Shown here piece after piece: positions 26,528 to 35,488 of a stretch of DNA of 64,000 nt. This stretch comes from Gemmatimonadota bacterium. Lineage in GTDB: Bacteria > Gemmatimonadota > Gemmatimonadetes > Palauibacterales > Palauibacteraceae. The notes beneath the pieces are model-generated. The model saw only the letters and a list, made by a program, of their open reading frames with translations, was not told the DNA's origin and made no database searches. The stretch is taken from contig DATFLN010000086.1 in assembly GCA_035267645.1 (NCBI GenBank), forward strand, positions 2,181-66,180, written 5' to 3'. Positions within the stretch are counted from its first letter, which is position 1. The number at the start of each line of letters is the position of its first letter. A program made the position numbers and the translations under genes.

Positions 26528-26833
26528 ATGGCGGAGGCACGACTCGCACTGCTCGCCACGCTGAAGGCGAAGCCCGGCAAGGAGGAGGAGCTGGAGGCGT
26601 TCCTGACCGGCGCCCTACCCCTGGCCCGGGAGGAGGCGGGGACCACCACCTGGTTCGCGCTCAGGATCGACGCCTCCACGTTCGGGATCTTCGACACCTT
26701 CGCCGACTCGTCGGGGCGCGAGGCCCACCTCCAGGGACGCATCGCCAGCGCCCTCATGGACCGGGCTCCCGAGCTGCTGGCCGAGGACCCGGACATCCGG
26801 AAGGTGGACGTCCTGGCGGCCAAGCTCCCCTGA
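26528..26833 (+). CDS. Antibiotic-biosynthesis/quinol monooxygenase (ABM) family protein
   Basis: LKAKPGKEEE...EEAGTTTWFALR...FGIFDTF...REAHL; AGGAGG RBS. Confidence 0.88.
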   Translation: MAEARLALLATLKAKPGKEEELEAFLTGALPLAREEAGTTTWFALRIDASTFGIFDTFADSSGREAHLQGRIASALMDRAPELLAEDPDIRKVDVLAAKLP

Positions 26834-27370
26834 CGCCGGAGCTTCCAGGCGGGGCAGGAGGTTCCTGACCGTGAAGCCCGTCTCCTCGTCGGCCACGTTC
26901 TTCTGGAAGTCGACGAACGCATCGGTCGGGTGGCCGTCGTCCGGATCGAAGCTCAGCTCGACCGTCGCCGGGTCGCGCGCCAGCCAGCCGTGGATCCGGA
27001 CGAAGAGCGAGTCCACGGTAGGGTAGGCCGCCAGCTCCGAGTCGGGGACCGCCCGGCCGGTCTCGATGATCGTGGCCGCCACCACCTGCCCGCCGCTCAC
27101 GGCGATCCGCACGGGCTGGACGCCGATCCCCACGCAGAAGCAGGTCAGCCGGAAATCGAACTCGTAGGCGGGCGGAGCGGCCCGGCTCCAGGTCGCCTCG
27201 GCCACGGCGAGCTGCTGCCGCCGGGGCGCGAGCGGCCCGTCCCCGCACCCTGCCAGCGACGCGGCCAGGAGGAGGGCGACGCCGACCCGGGTCCGTGCCG
27301 CCGCGGCGGCGGAGGGCCGCGCGCCTTGCCTGCGGCCGGACGCCGAACCCGTGCCTCGTATGCGGTCCAC
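26615..27370 (-). CDS. DUF6174-like lipoprotein (3' end overlaps ABM gene antisense)
   Basis: Lipobox LAGC; Y-x-F-x-x-x-x-x-CFC, TVDSLF, DEE motifs. Confidence 0.7.
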   Translation of the reverse strand: MDRIRGTGSASGRRQGARPSAAAAARTRVGVALLLAASLAGCGDGPLAPRRQQLAVAEATWSRAAPPAYEFDFRLTCFCVGIGVQPVRIAVSGGQVVAATIIETGRAVPDSELAAYPTVDSLFVRIHGWLARDPATVELSFDPDDGHPTDAFVDFQKNVADEETGFTVRNLLPRLEAPASGELGRQDVHLPDVRVLGQQLGSPVHEGAGDASLEVGLAPRRVGEGVEDPERGGVDPEREPGGGPRLLPGQG

Positions 27371-27583
27371 CCGTCCTCCTCGCTCCGCGCGCCGCGCCGA
27401 CCTCTCTCACCCTGACGACGTCCCGGGAGCGCGTATCGTGACGCCGGGACCCGGCGGGCCCGTCCCGGCATCTTTAGCCTATACAAACATCGCTCGTCCG
27501 CGTATCTTCCGGGACCCCGGGACCTGCCCGACCGACCGGAGTCGCCGCTCGCCGGCGAGACACCAGACACGAGAGAGGAACAG

Positions 27584-29305
27584 GTGGAGACCATCCGAAC
27601 CCTCGCGACGTCGATCGCCGTGCTCGGCTTCCTCGCGCTGCTCCCGGTCGGGGCGACCGCTTCGACGGCCGCATCGCCCGGTGCGCCCGACGCGCCCATG
27701 GCGTCGCGGCTCCGCGCGAACGCGGCCGGCGCGACAGCATCGGCACCCGACACCGTGCCCCTCTACGACGACCTGGGCGACCATGCCTGGGCGGTCACGA
27801 CGTCGGCGCCTCTCGCGCAGGCCTACTTCGACCAGGGCCTCCGCCTCTACTACGCCTTCAACCACCAGGAGGCGATCCGCTCCTTCCGCCGGGCGCAGCG
27901 GCTGGACCCGTCGTGCGCGATGTGCTGGTGGGGCGAGGCGCTGGCCTTCGGCCCCAACATCAACCTCCCGATGGACTCGGCGGCGGGGGCGGCGGCGTGG
28001 GCCGCCGTGGAGGAGGCGGCGGCGCGGAAGGAGGGGGTCTCCGGGAAGGAGCGCGCCCTGATCGACGCCCTCACACTCCGCTACGGACCTGATCCCACGG
28101 CCCATCGCGCGGCGCGGGACTCGGCGTACGCGCGCGCCATGGGCGGCGTGGTCGATCGCTTCCCGGACGACCCCGAGGCGAGGACGCTCCACGCGGAAGC
28201 GCTCATGGACCTGGCCCCCTGGCAGTACTGGAACCGGGACGGGAGCCCGCGGCCGGGCACGCCCGAGCTCCTCCGGAACCTGGAGCGGGTCATGGCCGAC
28301 CACCCGGACCACCCGGGGGCCAACCACTTCTACATCCACGCCGTCGAGGCCGTGGACCCCGAGCGCGCCGTGGCCGCGGCGGAGCGCCTCGCGGGCCTCA
28401 TGCCCGGGGCCGGGCACCTGGTCCACATGCCCGGCCACATCTACGTGCGCGTCGGCCGCTACGCCGAGGCGGTGGAGGCCAACGAGCACGCCGTCCACGC
28501 CGACGAGACCTGGATCCGCGAGCAGAACCCCGCCACGGGCGTCTACGTGGCCGGCTACTACCCGCACAACTACGACTTCATGGCGTTCGCGGCGAGCATG
28601 ATCGGCCGGAGCGAGCAGGCCATCTCCGCCGCGGAGAAGATGGCCGACCTCATCCCCGACGAGATGCTCGAAGCGCCGGGGATGGAGTTCCTCCAGCACC
28701 ACATGACGCGTCACCTGCAGATGAGGGTGCGCTTCGGCCGTTGGGAGGAGATCCTCGCGGCGCCGGCCCCGGCCCGGGAGCTGAAGCACGCGCGCGGCAT
28801 GTGGCATTACGCCCGGGGGCGGGCGCTCGCGGCCCGCGGCGACCTGCAGGGGGCCAGGGCCGAGCTCGCCGCGGTGCGGACGGCGGCATCCGACCCCGAC
28901 CTCGCCGGCGTCCGGCTCGAGTTCAACACGGCGGACCAGATCCTCGGGATCGCAGCGGAGGTGCTGGCCGGGCACGTGGCGGCGGCCGCGGGGGACCTGG
29001 AGGCGGCGGCCGAGCGGCTGACCGACGCGGCCGGGCGCGAGGACGCGCTGGTCTACGGTGAGCCCCCCGACTGGAGCGTCCCGGTGCGCCAGGAGCTGGG
29101 CCTCGTGCTCCTGCGCGCGGGCCGCCCCGCGGAGGCCGAGCGCGCCTTCCGCGAAGACCTGGACCGCTTCCCCGAGAACGGCTGGTCCCTGCACGGCCTG
29201 GAGGCGGCGCTCCGGGCGCAGGGGAGGGGCGGCGAGGCGGACGTCGTGGCCGGACGCTTCCGGGCCATCTGGAGCACGGCCGATGTCGAGCCGGGCACGG
29301 AGTAG
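27584..29305 (+). CDS. Secreted TPR-repeat protein with conserved His-rich motifs
   Basis: Signal peptide; AQAYFDQG..L.YAFNH.EA..SF, HPGANHFYIHAVE, GHLVHMPGHIY, YYPHN, FPENGWSLHG. Confidence 0.85.
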   Translation: METIRTLATSIAVLGFLALLPVGATASTAASPGAPDAPMASRLRANAAGATASAPDTVPLYDDLGDHAWAVTTSAPLAQAYFDQGLRLYYAFNHQEAIRSFRRAQRLDPSCAMCWWGEALAFGPNINLPMDSAAGAAAWAAVEEAAARKEGVSGKERALIDALTLRYGPDPTAHRAARDSAYARAMGGVVDRFPDDPEARTLHAEALMDLAPWQYWNRDGSPRPGTPELLRNLERVMADHPDHPGANHFYIHAVEAVDPERAVAAAERLAGLMPGAGHLVHMPGHIYVRVGRYAEAVEANEHAVHADETWIREQNPATGVYVAGYYPHNYDFMAFAASMIGRSEQAISAAEKMADLIPDEMLEAPGMEFLQHHMTRHLQMRVRFGRWEEILAAPAPARELKHARGMWHYARGRALAARGDLQGARAELAAVRTAASDPDLAGVRLEFNTADQILGIAAEVLAGHVAAAAGDLEAAAERLTDAAGREDALVYGEPPDWSVPVRQELGLVLLRAGRPAEAERAFREDLDRFPENGWSLHGLEAALRAQGRGGEADVVAGRFRAIWSTADVEPGTE

Positions 29306-29312
29306 CGCCGGC

Positions 29313-30974
29313 GTGGCGGGGCGCGGCCCCGCCCTGCGGGCGGCCGCCCACGGCGCCGACCTCTCGGCCGTCGTGGCCTCGGCGGCCGACGCCATCGTGA
29401 CCGCGGACGGGGAGGGGCGGATCCTGAGCTGGAACCCCGCCGCGGAACGGATCTTCGGCTGCGGGGCCGAGGAGGTCGTGGGTCGGCCGCTCACGATCCT
29501 CATGCCCGGCCGCTTCCGGGAGGCCCACGAGGCGGGCCTCGGGCGGGTGACGCGCACCGGCGAGACCAGGGTCATCGGCCGCACGGTCCAGCTGGCGGGC
29601 CTCCGGCGTGACGGGACGGAGTTCCCGATCGAGCTGTCGCTGTCGACCTGGACGGAGGACGGACACCGCTTCTTCGCCGGGATCATCCGCGACGTCACCG
29701 AGCGCGTGAGCCTCACCCGGGAGCTGGCCCACTCCCGAGAGCGGATGGGCGCCATCCTGGACTCGGCCGCCGACGCCATCCTGTGCGCCGACCGCGACGG
29801 GGACATCCTCCTGTGGAACCCGGCGGCCGAGCGCATGCTCGGGCACGCGGCCGAGGACATCGTCGGGAAGCCTCTCACGACGATCATCCCCGAGCGCTTC
29901 CGCGCTGACCACGAGGCGGGGATCGCGCGGGTGAGCGGCGGGGGCGAGCCCCGGATCATCGGCCGGACCGTGGAGGTCGCGGCGCTCCGCTCCGACGGGA
30001 CCGAGGTCCCCGTCGAGCTCTCGCTCTCCACCTGGGTCACCGACGGGGGCCGCTTCTACGCCGGGATCCTCCGGGACGTCTCGGAGCGGAAGCGCGCCGA
30101 GGAGGTCATCCGCCAGGCGCACGAGGAGCTCGAGGAGAAGAACCAGCAGCTCGAGGCGCTGTCGGTGAAGCTGGCCAAGTACCTCTCCCGCCAGCTCTAC
30201 GACTCGATCTTCGAGGGGAAGACCGAGGTCAGGGTCACCTCCTACCGCCGGGAGCTCACGATCTTCTTCTCGGACATCCAGGGGTTCACCGAGCTCACCG
30301 ACACCATGGAGGCCGAGCCCCTGAGCCAGCTCCTGAACGAGTACCTGGGCCAGATGTCCACGATCGCCGAGCGCCACGGCGGCACGGTGGACAAGTTCAT
30401 CGGCGACGGCATCATGATCTTCTTCGGCGACCCGGAGAGCCGCGGCCGCTGCCGGGACGCGACGGCCTGCGTGGAGATGGCGCTGGAGATGCAGGCCCGC
30501 GTCCACGACCTGCAGGCCGCGTGGCGCGACCGCGGCGTCCCCCGCAGCCTCCACGTCCGCATGGGCATCAACACCGGGTACGTCACGGTCGGGAACTTCG
30601 GCTCCGAGGACCGGCTGGACTACACGATCGTGGGCGGCCAGGTGAACGCGGCCGCGCGGCTCGAGGAGAGCGCCGGGCCCGACGAGATCCTCGTCTCGGG
30701 CGAGACGTTCGCGCTGGTGCAGGACCGGATCCTTTGCGAGCCCGTCGGCGAGATCAAGGTGCAGGGGATCGCCTACCCGATCCGCACCTACCGGGTGGTC
30801 GGCCGGCGTGACGAGGCCCGGCCGGAGCTGCGGCGCGTGCGGGCCGACCGCGAGGGCTTCCGGCTCCTCCTCGACCCCGTCCTCATCGCGGCGGACGACG
30901 TCCACGACGCCCGGGAGGCGCTCCGGCGCGCGCTCGAGGCGCTCGGACCGGAACAGCGGGAGGGCGCTTCGTGA
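29313..30974 (+). CDS. PAS-PAS class III adenylate cyclase
   Basis: Two PAS domains (WNPAAERxxG, RxDGTExPxELSLS); FFSDIQGFT, VDKFIGDG, GINTG, DYTIVG..VN.AARLE with Lys/Asp ATP specifiers. Confidence 0.9.
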   Translation: MAGRGPALRAAAHGADLSAVVASAADAIVTADGEGRILSWNPAAERIFGCGAEEVVGRPLTILMPGRFREAHEAGLGRVTRTGETRVIGRTVQLAGLRRDGTEFPIELSLSTWTEDGHRFFAGIIRDVTERVSLTRELAHSRERMGAILDSAADAILCADRDGDILLWNPAAERMLGHAAEDIVGKPLTTIIPERFRADHEAGIARVSGGGEPRIIGRTVEVAALRSDGTEVPVELSLSTWVTDGGRFYAGILRDVSERKRAEEVIRQAHEELEEKNQQLEALSVKLAKYLSRQLYDSIFEGKTEVRVTSYRRELTIFFSDIQGFTELTDTMEAEPLSQLLNEYLGQMSTIAERHGGTVDKFIGDGIMIFFGDPESRGRCRDATACVEMALEMQARVHDLQAAWRDRGVPRSLHVRMGINTGYVTVGNFGSEDRLDYTIVGGQVNAAARLEESAGPDEILVSGETFALVQDRILCEPVGEIKVQGIAYPIRTYRVVGRRDEARPELRRVRADREGFRLLLDPVLIAADDVHDAREALRRALEALGPEQREGAS

Positions 30975-32680
30975 TCCGGGAGGCCGGGGCCGGGCCCAGG
31001 CCCGCGATCGTGGTCGTCGACGACGACCCCGAGGCGCTGGAGCGGGTGGCCGGCGAGCTGGAGCGACGCTACGCCGCGGACTACCGGATCCTGCGCGAGC
31101 CCACGGCCACCGGCGCGCTCGAGACGCTGGGCCGCCTGCGGGACGAGGGAGAGCCCGTCGCCCTCCTCCTGGCCGCACCCTGGACGGAGGATCTCCCGGG
31201 CGAGGAGCTGCTGTGCCGCTCGCGGACCCTCCATCCCGGCGCGCGCCGCGGGCTCCTCATCGACTGGGGTGGCTGGGGGGATCCCCCCACGGCCCAGGCC
31301 ATCTTCCGCGCCATGGGGCTGGGCCACATCGACTACTACGTGCTCCGTCCGTGGCGCACGCCGGACGAGTACTTCCACCGCACGGTGACCGAGTTCCTGA
31401 ACGAGTGGTCCCGGGCCGAGGAGGCGGCGCCCCGCGAGGCGACGCTGGTCGCCGGGCGCTGGGACCCCCGCGGGCACGAGCTCCGGAGCCTCCTGGCCCG
31501 GAACGGCGTGCCGCACGGCTACTTCGACGCGGACTCGGACGAGGGCCGCGAGCTCCTGGCCTCGGTGGGACGGGAGGGCGACGAGGGCCCGATCGTGGTG
31601 ACCGTGGACGGGCAGGTCCTGGTGGGCCCCACCAACGACGGCCTGGCCCGCGCCTTCGGGATCGCCACCGAGCTCGAGGACGAGCGCGAGTTCGACGTGG
31701 TCGTGGTGGGCGCCGGCCCCGCGGGCCTCGCGGCCGGCGTGTACGGGGCCTCCGAGGGGCTCCGCACCCTGGTGGTGGAGGGCGAGTCCCTGGGCGGGCA
31801 GGCCGGCTCCAGCTCCAGGATCCGGAACTACCTGGGCTTCTCGCGCGGGATCTCGGGGTCCGAGCTGGCCCAGCGCGCCTACCAGCAGGCGTGGGTGTTC
31901 GGGGCGCACTTCCTCCTCATGCGACGGGTGACCGACCTCCGCCCGATCGGGGACCTCCACCGGCTGACGATCTCCGGTGGGAGCCGGGTCACCGCGCGGG
32001 CGGTCGTCCTGGCCACCGGAGTGGCCTACCGCCGGATCGGGATCCCGGGCCTCGAGCGCCTCGCCGGCGCCGGCGTCTTCTACGGCGCCTCGGCCGCCGA
32101 GGCACGCGCGCTCTCGGGCGAGGACGTGTACATCGTAGGCGGGGGGAACTCGGCGGGGCAGGCCGCGGTCCACGTCGCGCGTTACGCACGATCCGTAACG
32201 CTCCTCGTGCGCGACGCCTCCCTGGCGGAGAGCATGTCGCGCTACCTCATCGACGAGCTCGCCGCCGCGAGCAACATCGAGGTCGAGTACGAGACCGAGG
32301 TCGCCGACGGGAGCGGCGTCGAGCGGCTCGAGCGGCTCGTGCTCCGGGACAGGGCCTCCGGGGCCACGCGGATCGTCCCCGCGGCCGCCGTCTTCATCAT
32401 GATCGGCGCGCGGCCCCACACCGACTGGCTGCCCCCGCGGATCCTCCGGGACGAGTGGGACTACATCCTGACGGGCGAGGAGCTGGCCGACCGGCTCCCG
32501 GCGGGCGTCCGGCGCCCCCTCCCGTACGAGACGAGCGTTCCCGGCGTGTTCGCCGTGGGGGACGTGCGCAGCCGCTCGGTCAAGCGCGTCGCTTCGGCCG
32601 TGGGAGAGGGCTCCGTGGTCATCTCGCAGGTCCACCGGCACCTGACCCGGCTCGAGGAGCGGACCCGGGCCGGAGCCTGA
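30971..32680 (+). CDS. Receiver-like domain fused to thioredoxin-reductase-like FAD oxidoreductase
   Basis: VVVDDD N-terminus; GAGPAG, GGQAGSSSRIRNYLGF, GGGNSAGQAA, GVFAVGDV; GTGA overlap with cyclase; no CxxC. Confidence 0.88.
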   Translation: MIREAGAGPRPAIVVVDDDPEALERVAGELERRYAADYRILREPTATGALETLGRLRDEGEPVALLLAAPWTEDLPGEELLCRSRTLHPGARRGLLIDWGGWGDPPTAQAIFRAMGLGHIDYYVLRPWRTPDEYFHRTVTEFLNEWSRAEEAAPREATLVAGRWDPRGHELRSLLARNGVPHGYFDADSDEGRELLASVGREGDEGPIVVTVDGQVLVGPTNDGLARAFGIATELEDEREFDVVVVGAGPAGLAAGVYGASEGLRTLVVEGESLGGQAGSSSRIRNYLGFSRGISGSELAQRAYQQAWVFGAHFLLMRRVTDLRPIGDLHRLTISGGSRVTARAVVLATGVAYRRIGIPGLERLAGAGVFYGASAAEARALSGEDVYIVGGGNSAGQAAVHVARYARSVTLLVRDASLAESMSRYLIDELAAASNIEVEYETEVADGSGVERLERLVLRDRASGATRIVPAAAVFIMIGARPHTDWLPPRILRDEWDYILTGEELADRLPAGVRRPLPYETSVPGVFAVGDVRSRSVKRVASAVGEGSVVISQVHRHLTRLEERTRAGA

Positions 32681-32690
32681 CGTGCGCGCG

Positions 32691-32960
32691 GGGTCCGGGT
32701 AGCGCTGAGCCCACGTCGCGCGCACGCGGCCCGCGTCGGCCCGCACGCGGTCGGGGACCTCGGGGACGGGAGCGCCGATGAGGATCCGGGCGCGGCCCGC
32801 GCTGTCCTCGATGACCAGCCCGCGCGCCCGCAGCACTCCGCCGTGGGCCGGTAATCTCGCGAAAGCGGCGACCGCGATCACCAGGGGCGCCAGGGTGGAG
32901 ATGACGGCGTATCCCTTCAGCCTGCGGACGCCCCTTCGGAGCCGGTCGTGCTCGTCCCTG
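32691..32960 (-). pseudogene. N-terminal remnant of a membrane-anchored hypothetical protein
   Basis: VRRLKGYAVISTLAPLVIAVAAF...LRARGLVIEDSAGRARILIGAPVP; no in-frame start, and it collides with the 3' end of the reductase gene. Confidence 0.4.
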
Positions 32961-33022
32961 CTTTCCTCCCATCCGGTCTTGGATCGGGTCGCTCGGTTGA
33001 CGGGCCGCGACGATGATAGTAA

Positions 33023-33050
33023 TGTATCGTTGTACTAGTTAACCAATACA
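33023..33050. promoter_or_regulatory. YtrA-type GntR operator (28-bp imperfect palindrome)
   Basis: TGTATCGTTGTACTAGTTAACCAATACA: TGTAT/ATACA ends, ACTAGT centre, AT-rich island. Confidence 0.75.
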
Positions 33051-33115
33051 GTAAGTGGCGTCTGTGTCGGCAGCGGGCTGCCGCTGCGGGACGCCCGACG
33101 AAAGGACGGAGATCG

Positions 33116-33553
33116 TTGACCGACACCCCGGGCCTGCTGATCGAGCTCCGCTCCGGCGATCCGCGGCCGCTCTACGTGCAGATCATGGACGAGGTCCGCA
33201 GGGCGCTGGCCCTGGGCGACCTCGAGCCCGGGGACATCCTGCCTTCTGTGCGGAGCCTCGCTTCGGAGCTGGCGATCAACCCCAACACGGTAGCCAAGGC
33301 GTACCGGGAGCTGGAGTCGGACGGCACGGTACGGGGCCGCCGGGGCCGGGGCACGTTCGTCACCCCGGCCGCCCGGCCCGAGACAGAACGCCCCAGGATC
33401 ACCCGGGAGGTGGCCCGAAGGGCGCTCCGGGACGCGCGCCGTCACGGCATCTCCGTCGACCGCCTGGTGCGGGCTCTCCGCGAGGAAGCCGGCAGGGAGG
33501 ACCGAACGATCGCCTCGATGTCCGCACACGCTCCGGAGGGAGAAGGACCATGA
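33116..33553 (+). CDS. ytrA: GntR family regulator, YtrA subfamily
   Basis: PLYVQI...LPSVRSLASELAINPNTVAKAYRELE...GRGTFV; short C-terminus. Confidence 0.9.
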   Translation: MTDTPGLLIELRSGDPRPLYVQIMDEVRRALALGDLEPGDILPSVRSLASELAINPNTVAKAYRELESDGTVRGRRGRGTFVTPAARPETERPRITREVARRALRDARRHGISVDRLVRALREEAGREDRTIASMSAHAPEGEGP

Positions 33554-34479
33554 CAGCAGATCCGTCCCACGACGCGGCAGTCCGTTCCCCCGCGATCCAG
33601 GCGTCGGAGCTGTGCAAGTCCTACGGGAAGACGCCGGCGTTGCGTGGAGCCAGCCTCACGGTGCCCGAGGGGGCCTTCTTCCTGCTCGTGGGCCCGAACG
33701 GCGCCGGCAAGACCACGACCATGCGGCTTCTCTCCGGCCTCGACCGCCTCGACGCGGGCGAGCTTCGGGTCTTTGGGCTGGACCCGGCCGCCGAAGAGGC
33801 GCGCGTTCGCGCCCAGATCGGCCACGTGCCCGAGGACGGGACGCTCGGACCCGCACCCGGCCGGATGCGCGTGGCCTGGCTCCTGGAGCACCAGGCGGCC
33901 TACCGCCCGTCGTGGGACCGTGCCTACGAGGCCCGTCTGTGCCGCGCGCTCGAGATCCGGCGCGACCGGCGCTTCGGTGACCTCTCGAAGGGGCAGGCAC
34001 GCAGGGTCCAGCTGGTGATGGCCCTGGCCCACCGCCCGCCCCTCCTCCTCCTGGACGAGCCCACCGACGGCCTCGATCCGGTGGTGCGCGAGCGGACGCT
34101 GGCCCTCCTTGCCGACCACCTGTCCGCCATGCCCACGACCGTGCTCCTGTCCACCCACCACCCGCACGAGGCGGAGAAGCTGGCTGACCACGTCGGCGTG
34201 ATGATGCGGGGACGGGTCCACTTCCAGGGGCCGAGGAGCGTGGTCTCCGAGCGGGTCAAGCGCTACCGCGTGCTGTTGCCGGAGTCCGGGATGGACGTGT
34301 CTCCACCCATCTCCGTCGTTCGCTCGCGCCGCTCCGGGCGAAGTGCCTCCTGGGTGGCCTGGGGAGCCGAGGCCGACAATCGGTCCCGACTGGTTCGGGC
34401 GGGCATCGAGATCCGGTCCGTGGAGACTCTGACCCTGGAGGAAGCGACGCTGGCCATGCTGTCGGAGGAGGAGTCGTGA
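33550..34479 (+). CDS. ABC transporter ATP-binding protein
   Basis: GPNGAGKT, LSKGQ, LLLLDEPTDGLD, STHH. Confidence 0.93.
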   Translation: MTADPSHDAAVRSPAIQASELCKSYGKTPALRGASLTVPEGAFFLLVGPNGAGKTTTMRLLSGLDRLDAGELRVFGLDPAAEEARVRAQIGHVPEDGTLGPAPGRMRVAWLLEHQAAYRPSWDRAYEARLCRALEIRRDRRFGDLSKGQARRVQLVMALAHRPPLLLLDEPTDGLDPVVRERTLALLADHLSAMPTTVLLSTHHPHEAEKLADHVGVMMRGRVHFQGPRSVVSERVKRYRVLLPESGMDVSPPISVVRSRRSGRSASWVAWGAEADNRSRLVRAGIEIRSVETLTLEEATLAMLSEEES

Positions 34480-35276
34480 GCACGGAGGCGATGAAGATTC
34501 GGGCCGTTCCGGGCACGGTGGACGTGTGTCTCGCCCAGGCCCGCCGGATGGCGCGAGCCCAGTGGCTGGCGGCGGTGGCGATGGCGGCCGGCATCGCGAT
34601 CGGCGTGGGCGTCCTCACCTGGATGGGATCTACCGGTGCATGGGGGCGGAGCAGCCTTGCGCAGGCGGTGGGCCGGCTTCACGGCGCCCTTCAGGTCGTG
34701 GCGTTCCTGTGGCCGATGATGGTCACCTGGCGCGACGAGGCTCCCTCCCGGCGCACGTACCATTGGAGCCAACCCGTCCAGCGGATGCGCCATCAGCTCG
34801 TCCGGACGGCGGTCGGCGGGGCGGCGCTGGCAGCCGCCCTCGCGGCCGGGGGCCTGGCAGGATGGATCGTGGGCGCCCTCGTCCAGGGAGGCATGGCGAG
34901 CGGCGGGGGCGAGGTGTTCGTGGCCTCGGCGGGGAGCCTCGGCCTGGCCTACCTCCTGGGCTCGGTCCCGGCGCTCCTCAGCGACCACGCCGTGCTGTGG
35001 CTAATCGGTGCGTACGCGGCATCGGCCCTCCTCATGACCGCCTGGCCCGCCCTCGGGTGGCCCGGCGCCCACTTCCTCGAGGCCGCGGTGACGCACGGGC
35101 GCTGGAGCCTGGGGCGGGCGCTCGGCGCGCCCGCGATCCTGTCGGGAGCCTTCGGGCAGGGCACGGCGACCGAGCACCCCGAGCCGTGGTCGGCCCTGGC
35201 CGTGTGGCTCGCCGTGGCCGCGGCCGGCGTGATCGTGGCCGTCTCCGTGCGGCAAGAGCGCTCGGGGGCGACCTGA
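34476..35276 (+). CDS. ABC-type permease-like membrane protein
   Basis: About 6 TM segments; GTGA overlap with the ATPase. Confidence 0.75.
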   Translation: MSTEAMKIRAVPGTVDVCLAQARRMARAQWLAAVAMAAGIAIGVGVLTWMGSTGAWGRSSLAQAVGRLHGALQVVAFLWPMMVTWRDEAPSRRTYHWSQPVQRMRHQLVRTAVGGAALAAALAAGGLAGWIVGALVQGGMASGGGEVFVASAGSLGLAYLLGSVPALLSDHAVLWLIGAYAASALLMTAWPALGWPGAHFLEAAVTHGRWSLGRALGAPAILSGAFGQGTATEHPEPWSALAVWLAVAAAGVIVAVSVRQERSGAT

Positions 35277-35488
35277 GGGGATCGGCCCTTTGGACCTCCC
35301 GCCGGATGGGTGAACCCACCTTCCTGCCGCGAACGAAATTCAGACTGCGCATCGCGCCGACGTCCACGACAGGCGAGCCCTGATCCCACGCAACGCCGCC
35401 GCCCCCGAGCGAAAGGCCTGAGCGAACCCGGTGGCCTGGCGTTCGAACGGGAGGGCCGGGTCGTAGAGATCCTCCACGACGCCACCTC

